64,000 nt of DNA, from the NCBI GenBank assembly GCA_963514005.1, contig OY740792.1, positions 67,146,001-67,210,000 on the forward strand. The letters are read 5' to 3'. The notes beneath the pieces are model-generated. The model saw nothing but the letters and a program-made list of their open reading frames with translations, had not been told where the DNA came from and did no database searches. The position numbers and the translations under genes are program-made. Shown here in pieces: positions 38,311 through 50,850 of the stretch (positions within the stretch are counted from its first letter, which is position 1; the number at the start of each line of letters is the position of its first letter). The stretch is from Raja brachyura. Its lineage: Eukaryota.

Positions 38311-38620
38311 GCTAGAGAGTTGGATAGAGCTCTAGGGGCTAGTGGAGTCAAGGGATATGGGGAGAAAGCAGGCACGGGTTATTGATAGGGGATGATCAGC
38401 CATGATCACAATGAATGGTGGTGCTGGCTCGAAGGGCCGAATGGCCTCCTCCTGCACCTATTTTCTATGTTTCTAGCAGACTGTTGATGTTCTCTTTCCA
38501 ATAACATAAGTGAGATAACAAGCACAAGTTTCACGAATGTCCCCTCTACAATGTGAACATTGAGAAAGAATTCAGACTAAGATTATGATGTGCATCATAA
38601 GTAGGAAAAACCAAAATGCT

Positions 38621-38932
38621 TGTTCGGCCGAAATATCCTGTCAGAAAACCCTGTCAATCTTCTGTCAATCTTCTCATGCTGTCAATCTTAAGAAGCAAGA
38701 GGCTGCACTAACTTTATAGATAATGTATTGGTGAATCGTCGAATAAAGGGGTATATATACACATGTACTGAAGTCATTGTCCCTTTGTGCGAGACTTCTC
38801 TGTATAGTCTGTTATCAGCATACTGTGAAGAGATTTTTACCACACCCGCCTGGCAAAATAAAGATTACTGCTGGATCACTGATTTTATTTGTGTTTCTGT
38901 CTGTTTAAGCATATTTGGGCCACGACGGAACA
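38621..38932 (+). mobile_element. Probable solo LTR (BEL/Pao-like ends)
   Basis: TGTTC...GAACA inverted termini, TATATA, AATAAA. No matching TSD. Confidence 0.55.
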
Positions 38933-41900
38933 AAGAAGGAGCCAGCAAGGGGTGGGGTGGAGGGGGGGACTGAGAACATTCAGGTATCCAGCGGGGGAGG
39001 GGGTGGGGTGCAGAGAACAAGGAGGGACCCAGCAGGGGTTGTGGGGGCTGGAGGAGGGACTTGGCGAGGATGGGGGGCCACCAAGAGAACATGGAGGGAC
39101 ACGGTGGGAACAATGAGGGACCAACATGATCCAATGAGTACTTTAGTAACTTTGTCGGCACCAGAAACGTGGCGACTCTTTGTGTACTTTGTGTATTGTA
39201 TGCAAACACAAAGTATTTCACTGCACCACGTTGCAGGTGAAAATAAAAGATAATTGAATTCATTGCTGCCTGTTCCTCCCGACTCTCTCCTGTGGCATGA
39301 TCTTTGCAGAGTTATTTTACTTTTGTTGCACTGACGCACTGAAGAGGAATCAGAAACAGAAAGTGTTCAAGGATGCCAGTGGCCAGTGTTCAATCCCGAC
39401 CTCCACTGACTCATTTCCCAAAATCCACAAACCTGGACTGCCCAGGCAGACCCCTTTGTTCTACCTGCTCCATCCCACCAGACCCACCTCCATTCTATTT
39501 TGTTCCCCCCCCCCGCCGTTCAGTTCTCTTCAATAGGTTCTCATTTCTCAGAAGGTCATGTGATAGGAGCAGAATTAGGTCATTTGGTCCATCAAGTCTG
39601 CTCCAGCATTCAACATGGCTGATCTAACTCTCCTTCCTAACCTCATTCTCTTGCCTTCTCCCCATAACTGTACTAATCAAGAATCTATCTATCTCTGCCT
39701 TAAAAATATCCATTGACTTGGCCTCCACAGGTGCATGTGGCAAAGAATTCCACAGATTTATACCCTCTGACTAAATAAATTCCTCCTCCTCTCCTTCCTA
39801 AAGGAACATCCTTTAATTCTGAGGCTATGACCTCTAGTCCTGGACTCTCCCAGTACTAGAAACATCCTCTCCACATCCACTCTATCCAAGCCTTTCACTA
39901 TTCTGTAAGTTTCAATAAAGTCTTCTTCATCCTTCTAAATTCCGGTGAGTACAAGCCCAGTGCCGTTAAACACTCATCATATGTTTTAATTCCTAGACCC
40001 CCATAATTTCATGTTCACCACAGGCGCCCAGTGTCTGTGTACCTCCATTCCCCGCCAGGAACGTCTCAGGGCCCACCGGATCAATCAAAAGAACACAAAG
40101 TGCCGGAGTATCCCAATACTCCACATGTGGCCTCACCAATGTCTTGTACACAGTCACACATCATGCCTTTGGTCCCTGTTCACTGCTGTATTTGCTACTA
40201 GCAATTCTTAAACCAAATGCTTGTCAGCCTAAAACAATGCAGTAATTCCACACATTTTATCAGATGTATTGCAATTTCCTGGGATTTTTTTTTTTTTTAA
40301 TGAACAAATATAAAATAAATACTTTTCTCACAATTAATGTAATTAGTAGTACAAATCCAAAGCAAGAGTTTATGCAAATAGTTCCCATGATAATGTGATA
40401 ACACTGATGAATACACTTGTAGACACCCTCTCTTACCAAACTAGTCGCTGAGTATAGAACTTGAATGTTGTGGAGCAGCATTTTGATGTTCATTATGTGT
40501 ATAAATCCACCTATGTCGTTAAATGACCAACAATCTGCTATAAGTACGTACATTCACATTTAAGATAGATACATTTATTTATTCAGTTTATTTATTCATG
40601 TGTGTATAATGATATATGGACGCACTGATCTGTTTTGTAGTAAATGCCCACTATGTTCTGTGTGCCGAAACAAAGCACTCAATGGGTCAGCCATCATCTG
40701 TGGAGGGAATGGACAGAATACGTTCCCAAGATTCCCTTAAGCAAGACGCATAGTAGTTTTCAAAATAGTTATCCTCTTGCTTAGTTTAGTTTAGAGGGTC
40801 AGCATTTCAACAAGCCCTCAGCCAACCGAGTCCACGACAATCAGCAATCACCCATTCCCCCATTCTATCCTACAAACTAGGGACAATTTACCAAAGCCAA
40901 TTAACCTACAAACCTGCACGCCTTTGGGATGTGGGAGTAAACCCTAGCACCAGGAGGAAACCCACACTGTCACAGGGAAAAGGTGCAAACACCACACAGA
41001 CAGCACCCGTAGTCAGGATCAAAACCCAGTCTCTGGCGCAGTGAGGCAACAACTCTTCGCTGCACCACCATGTTAACCTTCATGGATGCATTTCATCTGA
41101 TACAGTTCCCCACACCCAAACAAAGAAATAGCAATGGAGATTGTGAGAATTGGGTTTGTTGTCTCATCAATAGGAATGAATTCCCTTGAGTGTCTGTACT
41201 AGTTGAATCTAATTAAACAAAATAAATATATTCCTAGATAGGGGCAGCACGGTGGTGCAGCAGTAGAGTTGTTACCTCACAGATTCGATCCTGACTACGG
41301 TGGCTCTGTACGGATTGTACATTTTCTCCCCCTGAACGTGTTGGTTTTCTTTGGGTGCTCTGGTCTCCTCCCTCATTCCAAAGAATGGTTGGTTAATTGG
41401 CTTCGGCAAGAATTGTAAATTGACCCTGGTGTGTAGGATAGTGTAAGGGGGATCGGTGGACAGTGGGCTGAAGGACCTGTTTCCGCATTGTATCTCTAAA
41501 CTAAACTAGATTTTTAATTAAAGTAGATCACTCTTGTGAAAATGTTCACACCTACTTGACATTCCATCGCGGCAATTGTGCACAGTTGAACATTGTTGTT
41601 GTTTTATCTTAGTTGCAAGTGCTTTCAGTTTCTTGTATCTTCATTTTTTAGTATTTAGTGGTTTACAAGTTGGCCTTTCCCCTTTCAACAAACTTTGATC
41701 ACTCCATCCTCACTTTCCCTTCAGTTTAAAACGCGCTTGCTTTCTCCACATCTGTGGCTCCCTCTACAGGATGCTGCCTGACCTGCTGATTAACTCCAGA
41801 CTGCCTGACATTGTTTGGATTTCACCGAGTGAACTCGTTTGGTTCATGACTTGTCCATTTTGTTAAAGCGTTGTTGTTTCTCGGAGGTTTATGAGTCATC

Positions 41901-42023
41901 CCAGTGGTTAATAAGTCAATCCCTCTTCTCTCTCCCTTCAGGCAAGAGGAATGGAAGTGTGAAAACGCATACCTCCAGATTCAGGGACAGTTTTTATCCA
42001 GCTCTTATCAGTTAGCCAGTTAA

Positions 42024-43351
42024 ACCCCTGTCTCACGGTGCGAGTTGGCCCACGAGGGGCCCCGAGTTTTCACTCGCAGTAATCACGTACAATCAACGTA
42101 GCGGGAACGTCGGAACTCGCGCGAGCAACTTATCGACTCGTGGCGTAACGGCAGGTACCCGTGAAACAAATCAAACATGTTTGATATTTTCCACGAGTCA
42201 AATTTACTGTTCTAGTTAAAAATGGAAACATTTAAACTCATTGTAATAACGTAGTGGCCCGTGCGTTTACCTTAGTGACTCGTGAGTCACCTGTGGGAAC
42301 TCTTTAACTCAGCGGGCAGGCAGCATCTCTGGAGAGAAGGAATTGGTGACGGGATGACATAGGGGGGTATTGTGCTGTTTGATCGCCCCCTGCTATCCCA
42401 GGGACAGACACAGCCGCTTTTGAGACTGGTGGGCAATCACTACCAAAGTGTCTGCCCACACAGTCAGTACACCTCTCCTACACTTGTACCTATTATCCAT
42501 ATTTTCCAGGGCTGCTGCCTGGCCCGCTGAGTTAGTCACTCCAGCACTTTGTCTTGCCGTCTTTTCAATGTTGGTCTCTTAGTCCCACATTCACGGCCAA
42601 ACTTTTGGCCAAATGCTCTAATATCTCCTCACCGGATCTTCGGTTAGTTGAGGCACCATGAGGCGTTTGTGTTGTTGTTTTACGACAGGAAGGAAGCTAT
42701 GTAAATACCAAGTTGTTATAAACTGTCGGGCTTTTACTTGTTTGACGTGAAGTTTTCTCCCTATCTTACCCTCATGATATGCCACGTTCCGGTTACGCAG
42801 TGCACGGATCATGGCCAACAATGTCTGAAGAAGGGTCTCGAACCGAAGCGTCACCTATTCCTTCTTCTCCAGAGATGCTGCCTGACTCTGCCGGAGTTAC
42901 TCCAGCACTCTGTGTCTCTCTTTAGTGTCTTCAGTTGGACTTTCAATGAATAACTCAGCGGGCCAGGCAGCAGCCCTGGAAATTTCACTGAATATTGAAG
43001 AAGAGGGCGTTGTTCTGGCACTGGATGGTGCGCATTTTCCCATTGCAGGTCCTATCAATAGATGCGGCCGCGATGAATTTATCTTTAACTCAAAGCCGCA
43101 GGATGGAGATGTCTTCTTTAACACTGTTGCTTTATTAAAACATACCTTCATTCACGGTTGACTCAAGAGTAACGGGAGAGGAACTTGGTAACTTGGGAGA
43201 GGAACTTGGAACATCGCAGAAATGACATACCCGTGGGAACTCGATTAAACACTTGAACATAAACTTGAAATCTCGTACACAACCACAAGTTTGGTTTTTT
43301 TCTTACACTTGGGGTCACTCGTGGGTGGACTCGCACCGTGAGACAGGGCCT
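42024..43351. mobile_element. PIF/Harbinger-like MITE split by ~850 bp of other DNA
   Basis: TIR CCCTGTCTCACGGTGCGAGT..CCCACGAG at both ends, with TAA/TTA flanks. Confidence 0.75.
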
Positions 43352-44106
43352 TTAGGATATGTTTGTGCAGGAAAGCTAACCCGACTAAACAGGGATTTAA
43401 TGCTGAGGCTCTATATGGCGCTGGTAAGGCCGCATTTGGAGTATAGTGACCAATTTTGGGCACCATATATATGCTGTCTTTGGAGGAGGAGGTTCACAAG
43501 AATGATCCCAGGAATGAGGTGGTTAACATATGATGAGCGTTTGACGGCACTGGGCCTGTACTCGCTGGAGTTTAGAAGAATGAGGAGGGGGCCTCGTTGA
43601 AACATATACAGAATAATGAAAGGCTTTGAGTGGATGTGGAGAGGATCAGTGTTGCAGTGCTATTTTTTTAGGTGCCGGAGCTGTCAAACAGGGGTGTCAT
43701 TTCAGGATTTGCTTCGGGATAAGTTTCCATTTCAGGTTTTGCTTGGGGATAAGTTTCAGTTTCATGTTTGCTTGGCGATAACCAGGGATAAGTTTCTCTC
43801 TTTTTCTTCCATATTTCTTCAATGCAAACACCTGAACAGGAATGCAAGGCTGACTGAAACATTATTACGTTCAGAACTCCATTTGGACCCGGTTAGAAAA
43901 TTTGAACTAGAAGCAGGCAAAACACAGCTTTTGTCACTTTTTACTATTATCAGTCCCTTGTACGTTATTCTTGTTACACTCCTCAGCTTGTTTACGAAAG
44001 TTAATGTTGTTTGCGCGGAAGCCATAGACTTGTTAGTGAGAAACATTAACTTTAGTATTAGAGAGTGATCTACGGAGTGGCACAGACTACCACAAATGTA
44101 GCCTAA

Positions 44107-44296
44107 GGGCCCACTTAGCCGTCATTTGCGCGTAATTTACGTGACATCATTTACATGTCACAATGCACAACGCGCGTGTCATGACACGCAAGTGATGTTT
44201 AGCGCGGCCGCGAGCGACATCGCACGATGTTGGATGTACAAAATCTTCGCGCGTCATCTGCGTGATGCGCAAATGACGGCCAAGTGCGACAGGCCC
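44107..44296. mobile_element. Short PIF/Harbinger-like MITE
   Basis: GGGCC..CACTT(A/G)GCCGTCATTTGCG inverted at both ends, TAA left flank, CpG-rich palindromic body. Confidence 0.75.
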
Positions 44297-44751
44297 TTTA
44301 CTAATGCGACTGAGTCAGAGCAGACAGCAGGGCCTGCAACGCTTAGCATTTGTTGCTAAGCTGCAGTTATTAAAGTAACAGAATTTACTGAAATAAAGCA
44401 AATGTTTTTTGCATTTTAGTCACCTAAATTGGAACCAACTCAAACAAGCAATCAAATATGAAGAAAGAACGTATAATGAACTTTTGTTAAAGCCACGGAT
44501 ATTGCAGAATATTAGTATCAAAAGCGGTAGGTTGGCAACGCCGCCTCGTACCATTTTCCTCGCAGAAATGTTTGGACAGGAAGTGTAGGTGTCGATGCTC
44601 ACAATATCCTCACACGTCGGGTATGACATGGTAAGTAGACCAATACAAATCCTGCTGAGTTTTTAGATATACAAGAAGTTAAAGAAGATTGAATCTTGAC
44701 ATAAATTATTATCTTATCTACCCCAACCTTTGCTTCCGTAAAATCCCCTTT

Positions 44752-47700
44752 TGTCAGGTCGCGCGTTTGATCTAGTTTCTATTTCTTATTGGTTTTAGTA
44801 TTTGAGTTTGCATTGTTTTATTTTGGTGTCTCACATCTCCTCTTGTTTCAGGTCCCCTTTCCTGTCGGGTCGTTTACCCTCATGTGATTGTTGGCCCCAC
44901 CCTGATGTGTTTCACCTGTCTCGTTATCCCCTGTTAAGTCTGTATTTAAGCCCTTGGTGTTTTAGTTCTCATTGCCAGTTTGTTGTTTATGCTACTTGGT
45001 ATCACCTTGTTCCAGCTCTAGAAATATTGTGACTTTGTGAACTCGACCATTGCCTGTTTTTCGACCACTGTTTTTGCCTGCTCCTAGATTACACTGTTGC
45101 TTCTGTGCTTGCTTACCTGTGTACCAACTTGGACCGATTAAACTGTGAATACGGATCTGCCCTGTGTCTGAGCCTGCATTTGTGTCCTCCTCGTTCAGTT
45201 CTGACAGTACGAACTGGCCAACAATGGAAGCAGCGGGCTCTGATCTTTTTCATGCAGCGCTCCAGAAGCAAGAGGAGCGCATCTCGCATTAAGAGGGTCA
45301 ACTCACCTTGATAGTCGCCAGGTTCCGGGATCTCGGCGAGCGTCTGCAAGGGTTCCAGGTGGACATCAGTTCACAGGTGAACACTTTGAGTTCTCGATTT
45401 GAAGACCTGGTTGCTCGGCTCAATTCTTTGTTTCCTACTGCGGCTCCCGTGCCTGCCAAGTCTGTTTCCTTGTCTGTGTCTCCAGGGGCTCCGATGGCCA
45501 CGGTTGCCGCAGCATCTCCATTCGTCCACTTGGCAAGACCAGAACACTTTTGGGGGAATTGCAGAATTGTTGACCTTTTTTGATTCAGTGTGGGCTGCAT
45601 TTTGATCTTCAAGCAGCTTCCTTTCCATCAGAACGATCAAGAGTAGCCTTTATCATCACGCACCTGTCGGGTAGAGCGGAGGCTTGGGCCACGGCGGAAT
45701 GGGCTCGGAATTCTCCTGGTTGCCAGACGTCGGTCCTGTTCATGGAAGCTCTGTCCCGCACGTTTGATCACTCCAATCCTGGCCGAGAGGCTTCACAGAA
45801 CCGGGTCTCCATGAAACAAGGTAATCGCTCCGTTATGGATTTTGCTATTGAATTTCGAACTGTTGCTGCTAAGAGTGGATGGAATGAGTCTGCTTTGTTG
45901 TATGCTTTTCGCAATGGATTGTCTGAAGCTATCAAAGATCAGTTGGCTCCACTAACCCTGCCTTCCGACTTTGAGTCTATGATTTCCCTGGCTGTTCAAA
46001 TTGATGCTAGGCTCAGAGAAAGAGAGCGAGAAAGGAGTTCGGTCCTCCCAACAGTGGCGGTAGCGTCGCCCTTTGCCTTCCGGTCGGTACTTCGTCCCTC
46101 TCAGCCGATCCAGTCAGCCTACAGCGCCACCTGTCTCACCGGAGGGGCCCCATGAAGGTGGGACGAGCCAAACTCAGCCCGGAGGAACAGCAGCGCCGCC
46201 TAAGGGAGGGGAGTTGTTTTTACTGTGGTGATTTACTGGGACATTTGTTGAATGGCTGTACAGTAAAAGACAAGGCTCACCAATGAAAGAGGACTTTGGT
46301 GAGCTGTACCACTCCTATGAGCCGTTCCTATCGTCAACTCACTACTGTACAATTGTTGGTGCATTCCCAGTGGCACTCCCTGCAGGCTTTGGTTGATTCT
46401 GGGGTAGATGAGAACATCATGGACATTCGCTTGGCTGATGAATTGAAGCTGGAACGTGAACAGCTTCAAGATCCTCAGTGCACTGGATGGGCGCCTAATG
46501 TATAGGGTGATTCACCGAACGCAACCTGTTCAACTCATCGTGGCAGGTAATCACTTGGAGACCATCAGTTTTCATCTCCTCGACTGTTCTCTTCATCCTC
46601 TGGTTTTGGGGCTTCCTTGGCTGTTTTACCATAATCCTCATGTGAACTGGGGTACTGGGGAAGTAATTTCTTGGGGAAATAATTGTCTATCTACATGATA
46701 CTTCTCCTGAGTCTAGGAAGGATCCATCATGGAGCAGTTTGCTGGGATCTTCTAGGACCACCCTCCAGCAGCCTTCCCGTTCAAAGGAGGGGGATTTTCC
46801 AGATCTCACCAAGGTTCCCTCATGTTATCTAGACCTTAAGGAGGTGTTCAACAAGGCCAAGGCCACCTCTCTTCCGCCACATAGACCATACGACTGCTGC
46901 ATTGACCTTCTGCCAGGTACAGCGCCTCCTAAGGGTCATCTTTATTCCTTGTCTTCACCTGAGCGGCTCGCCATGGAGAAGTACATTGACGATGGCCTTG
47001 CTGCTGGGATCATCAGACCTTCCTCTTCACCTGCAGGAGCTGGATTCTTCTTTGTAGATAAGAAGGATGGAACACTTCGGCCCTGCATAGACTACAGAGG
47101 ACTCAATGACATTACTGTTAAGAACAGATGCCCTCTTCCTCTTATCTCCTCTGCATTTGAACTGTTAAAGGACGCTAAAATATTCACTAAGTTAGATCTT
47201 AGAAATGCTTATCATCTGGTAAGGATAAGGGAGGGGGATGAATGGAAGACTGCGTTTAACACACCCAGTGGTCATTACGAATATCGGGTCGTGCCGTTCG
47301 GTCTTACTAATGCTCCAGCCATTTTTCAAGGCATGGTTAACGATGTATTATGGGACATACTGAACAAATTAGTGTTTGTGTACCTTGATGACATTTAGAT
47401 TTTTTCTCCAGATGAAGCTTCCCATGTGCAGCATGTACACCAGGTGCTGGAACGTTCGCTCTCGAATGATCTGTTTGTGAAAGCTGAGAAATGTGAATTT
47501 CATGCTAACACTGTTCAATTCCTTGGTTATGTTGTGTCACCTGATGGTACACAGATGGACCCGGGCAAGGTCAGTGCTGTGGCCACCTGGCCTACACCCT
47601 CCAGTCGTAAGCGACTTCAGGGGTTCCTTGGGTTTGCTAATTTTTATAGGAAGTTTATCCGGAACTTTAGTGTCTTTGCTGCACCACTCCATGCTCTCAC

Positions 47701-50133
47701 CTCACCCCATGTGCCTTTCTCTTGGTCCCCCCCAAGCAGAAGCTGCATTTATGAGACTCGAGAGGAGCTTCTCCTCCGCCCCCATCCTGGTTCACCCTGA
47801 CCCATCACTCCAGTTCGTGGTTGAGGTGGATGCCTCGGGTGTGGGCATCGGGGCCGTACTCTATCAGAAGTGCTCCACAGATGGTCAACTACATCCCTGT
47901 GCTTTCCTCTCAAGAACGTTTTCTCCCGCTGAGAGAAATTACGATGTGGGTAACCGGGAACTGTTAGCGGTTAAAGCAGCCTTGGAGGAATGGAGACATT
48001 GGTTGGAGGGTACCAAGCAGCCGTTTCTAGTTTGGACAGACCACAAGAACGTGGAATACATCAAGTCAGCCAAACGCCTCAACTTGTGCCAAGCAAGGTG
48101 GGCTCTCTTTTTTAATCGATTTGATTTTGTACTGTCTTACCGCCCTGGTGCCAAGAATGGCAAACCCGATGCTCTCTCCAGAGTTTGATCCTGACCCGTC
48201 CCCTAAGGTTTCAATTCCCATTCTGCCTGTTTCCTGTTTTGTTGGGGCGGTTACTTGGGAGATTGAGAGGAGAGATTCCGAGGCTACTGCTGGTGTTCGG
48301 TCTCCGCCAGGGTGTCCTTCTAATCGTCTGATTGTTCCCGAGTCTCTTCGTTCACAGGTGATTCACTGGGCTCATACGTCTCGGATCTCCTGTCATCCCG
48401 GTGTCCACCGAACCCTGTTTGTGGCCAAACAGCAGTTTTGGTGGCCTTCCATGGAGAGGGGGATTAAGGAGTACGTCGCCGCCTGCAGTATTTGTGCTCA
48501 GATCAAGACCTCACGTCGGCCCGCCTTTGGCCTCCTGAATCCGCTGCCTGTCCCCTCACGCCCCTGGTCAGAGATCTCCATGGACTTTGTCACGGGCCTG
48601 CCCTCTTCTGAAGGCAACACCACAGTCATGACTGGTGGAAAGATTTTCTAAGATGGCCCATGTCATTCCGTTGCACAAGCTTCCCTCCGCCAGGAAGACG
48701 GCAGAGGTCATGTTGTCTCATGTTTTTCGAATTCATGGATTTCCCAGAGACATTGTGTCTGACCGGGGGCCTCAGTTCGTGTCCAGGTTTTGGAAGGAGT
48801 TTTGTTCTCTGTTGGATGCCACGGTCAGCCTTACATCTGGTTATCACCCGGAATCCAATGGACAGACTGAACGCCTTAACCAGGAATTGGAGACAGGACT
48901 GCGGTGCTTGGTGGCACAGAATCCTTCAACTTGGAGCAAACACTTTATTTGGGTGGAGTATGCACACAACACACTCCCTTGCTCATTCTCTGGTCTCTCT
49001 CTATTCCAGTGTGCCTATGGTTATCAACCGCCATTGTTCCCTGCTGTGGAGGAGTCCAGTGTGTCCTCCGCTCAGGCTCTCATCCGCCGCTGTGGCAAGG
49101 TTTGGAATGGGGCTCGTCAGATGCTGTTGCGCAGTTCTGCGCGTTACAAGAGGATGGCTGATCGTGGAAGAACGCCGGCTCCAGTATACTCGCCGGGCCG
49201 CAAGGTGTCGCTCTCCACTCGAGACTTACCTCTGAGGATGGAATCCCGGAAGCTGGCTCCTCGTTTTGTTGGTCCTTTCCCGATATCGAAGGTCATCAAT
49301 CCTGTGGCGGTTTGTCTCAGACTCCCCCGTGCCATGAGGGTCCACCCTACTTTCCATGTCTCCCGACTGAAGCCAGTTAAGGAGAGTTCTCTGGTTCCTG
49401 CCTCCACACCCCCTCCGCCCCCTGGTTCCTTGATGGGGGTCCAGTGTTTACGGTTAGCCGGTTGCTGGGGATGTGCAGGCGTGGCCGTGGTTGTCAGTAT
49501 CTTGTGGATTGGGAGGGTTATGGACCTGAGGAGCGGTCTTGGGTGCTGGCTTGCAACATATGCGACCTGGAACTTATCAGGGAATATCGGCGCCAACATC
49601 CTGACTATCCTGAGCCGTCAGGAGCCGGCCGTGGATTTGGGGGGGGGGGGGGGTGTAACTGTCAGGTCTCGCGTTTGATCTAGTTTCTAGTTATTGGTTT
49701 TTAGTATTAGAGTTACATTCTTGTTTTATTTTGGTGTCTCACATCTCCTCTTGTTTCAGGTCCCATTTCCTGTCGGGTCATTTACCCTCATGTGATTGTT
49801 GGCCCCACCCTGATGTGTTTCAACTGTGTCTCGTTATCCCCTGTAAAGTCTGTATTTAAGCCCTTAGTGTTTTATTCCTCATTGCCAGTTCATTGTGTAT
49901 GCTACTTGGTATCACCTCGTTCCAGCTCTAGAAATATTGTGACTTTGTGAACTCGACCATTGCCTGTTTTCGACCATTGCCTCTTTTCCGACCACTGTTT
50001 TTGCCTGCTCCTAGATTAAACTGTTGCTTCTGTGCTTGCTTACCTGTGTACTGACTTGGACCGATTAAACTCTGAATACGGATCTGCCCTGTGTCTGAGC
50101 CTGCATTTGTGTCCTCCTCGTTCTGTTCTGACA
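44752..50133 (+). mobile_element. Gypsy chromovirus (Tf1/sushi group) LTR retrotransposon, full length but frameshifted
   Basis: LTRs TGTCAG...CTGACA at 44752-45206 and 49660-50133, poly-G PPT, and domain order gag-PR-RT-RH-IN-chromo. Confidence 0.96.
45224..49620 (+). pseudogene. Gypsy gag-pol with chromodomain
   Basis: Gag (HLSGRAEAWATA, CFYCG..GH....C), PR (LVDSG), RT ([13 protein letters not shown]), RH (VDAS, ELLAV, TDHKN), IN (HHCC, SDRGPQF, GQTER, GPF) and chromo ([16 protein letters not shown]). Confidence 0.95.
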
Positions 50134-50850
50134 CAGGGTGCAAGGCCACCAACTTCAAGTGCAATTTCATACCATTTCATGCAGGGTTCATGTGCAGTTT
50201 CATACCATTTCATGCAGGGTGCAAGGCCACTAAATTCAAATGCAGTTTCATACCATTTCAAGCAGGGTGCAAGGCCACCAAGTTCAAGTGCAGTTTCATA
50301 CAATTTCAGGCTGGGTGCAAAGTCACTAAATTCAAAAGCAGTTTAGTATCATTTCCAGCAGGATGCAAGCCAACCAAATTCAAATGCCGTTTCATACCAT
50401 TTCAAGGAGGGTAAAACCACCATAAAACACCACAAAACCACATAAAAACCATACTCACAATTCAGTAAACATTCAGTGTGTTCGGTTGGTTCACAGCTCA
50501 GAGTCGTGACATCTCTCTGCCCCATCTTGCAGAGACTGAGCCATACCCACACTTCCGTGTTTTATAGTCCCCCCTCCTCCCACTGAAAGGGGCGTGGCCT
50601 TCATGGCGTTCTTGACGGGAGAGAATCTCAACTTTTTTCAACTTCAACTTTTGAATCTCAACTTTTATTTTTCAGCGATGGGAAAAATCCACTGCAGCTG
50701 ACGAGCGGAGGGGGACTCTGAGTAAGATGGCCAAAAATCACAGCGGTAGCGTTTTTGCTAAAATCAATATACAGTGCAAACAGGAAGTGATCAAGTTTAG
50801 ATGTTTAATTAGATGGATATATCGATAGATAGATAGATGGATAGATTATT
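50134..50850 (-). mobile_element. Truncated non-autonomous element (possibly Helitron-like) with a 48-bp tandem array (50134-50410)
   Basis: About 6 copies of CAGGGTGCAAGGCCACCAAATTCAAGTGCAGTTTCATACCATTTCA.G. The minus strand starts with (TCTA)n. Confidence 0.5.

Larger units (their letters stand above)
24247..38600 (-). mobile_element. Large decayed hAT-like DNA transposon hosting L1, ERV and solo-LTR insertions
   Basis: Collinear transposase pieces on the minus strand. AT-rich 3' region ends at a candidate terminus TAGCAATGTTAC (24247). The opposite TIR was not found. Confidence 0.65.

Noticed and set aside
40320-40410. TM- or leader-like peptide IIMGTICINSCFGFVLLITLIVRK on the minus strand
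   Set aside because: Weak splice sites, AT-rich context and no partner Ig exons nearby.
42985-43100. VVLALDGAHFPI resembling the Harbinger GAIDGTHI motif
   Set aside because: No downstream DDE motifs. Too short to distinguish from chance.
43720-43800. ISRE-like AGTTTCAGTTTC motifs
   Set aside because: Part of subterminal repeats of a hAT-like fragment, with no associated promoter.
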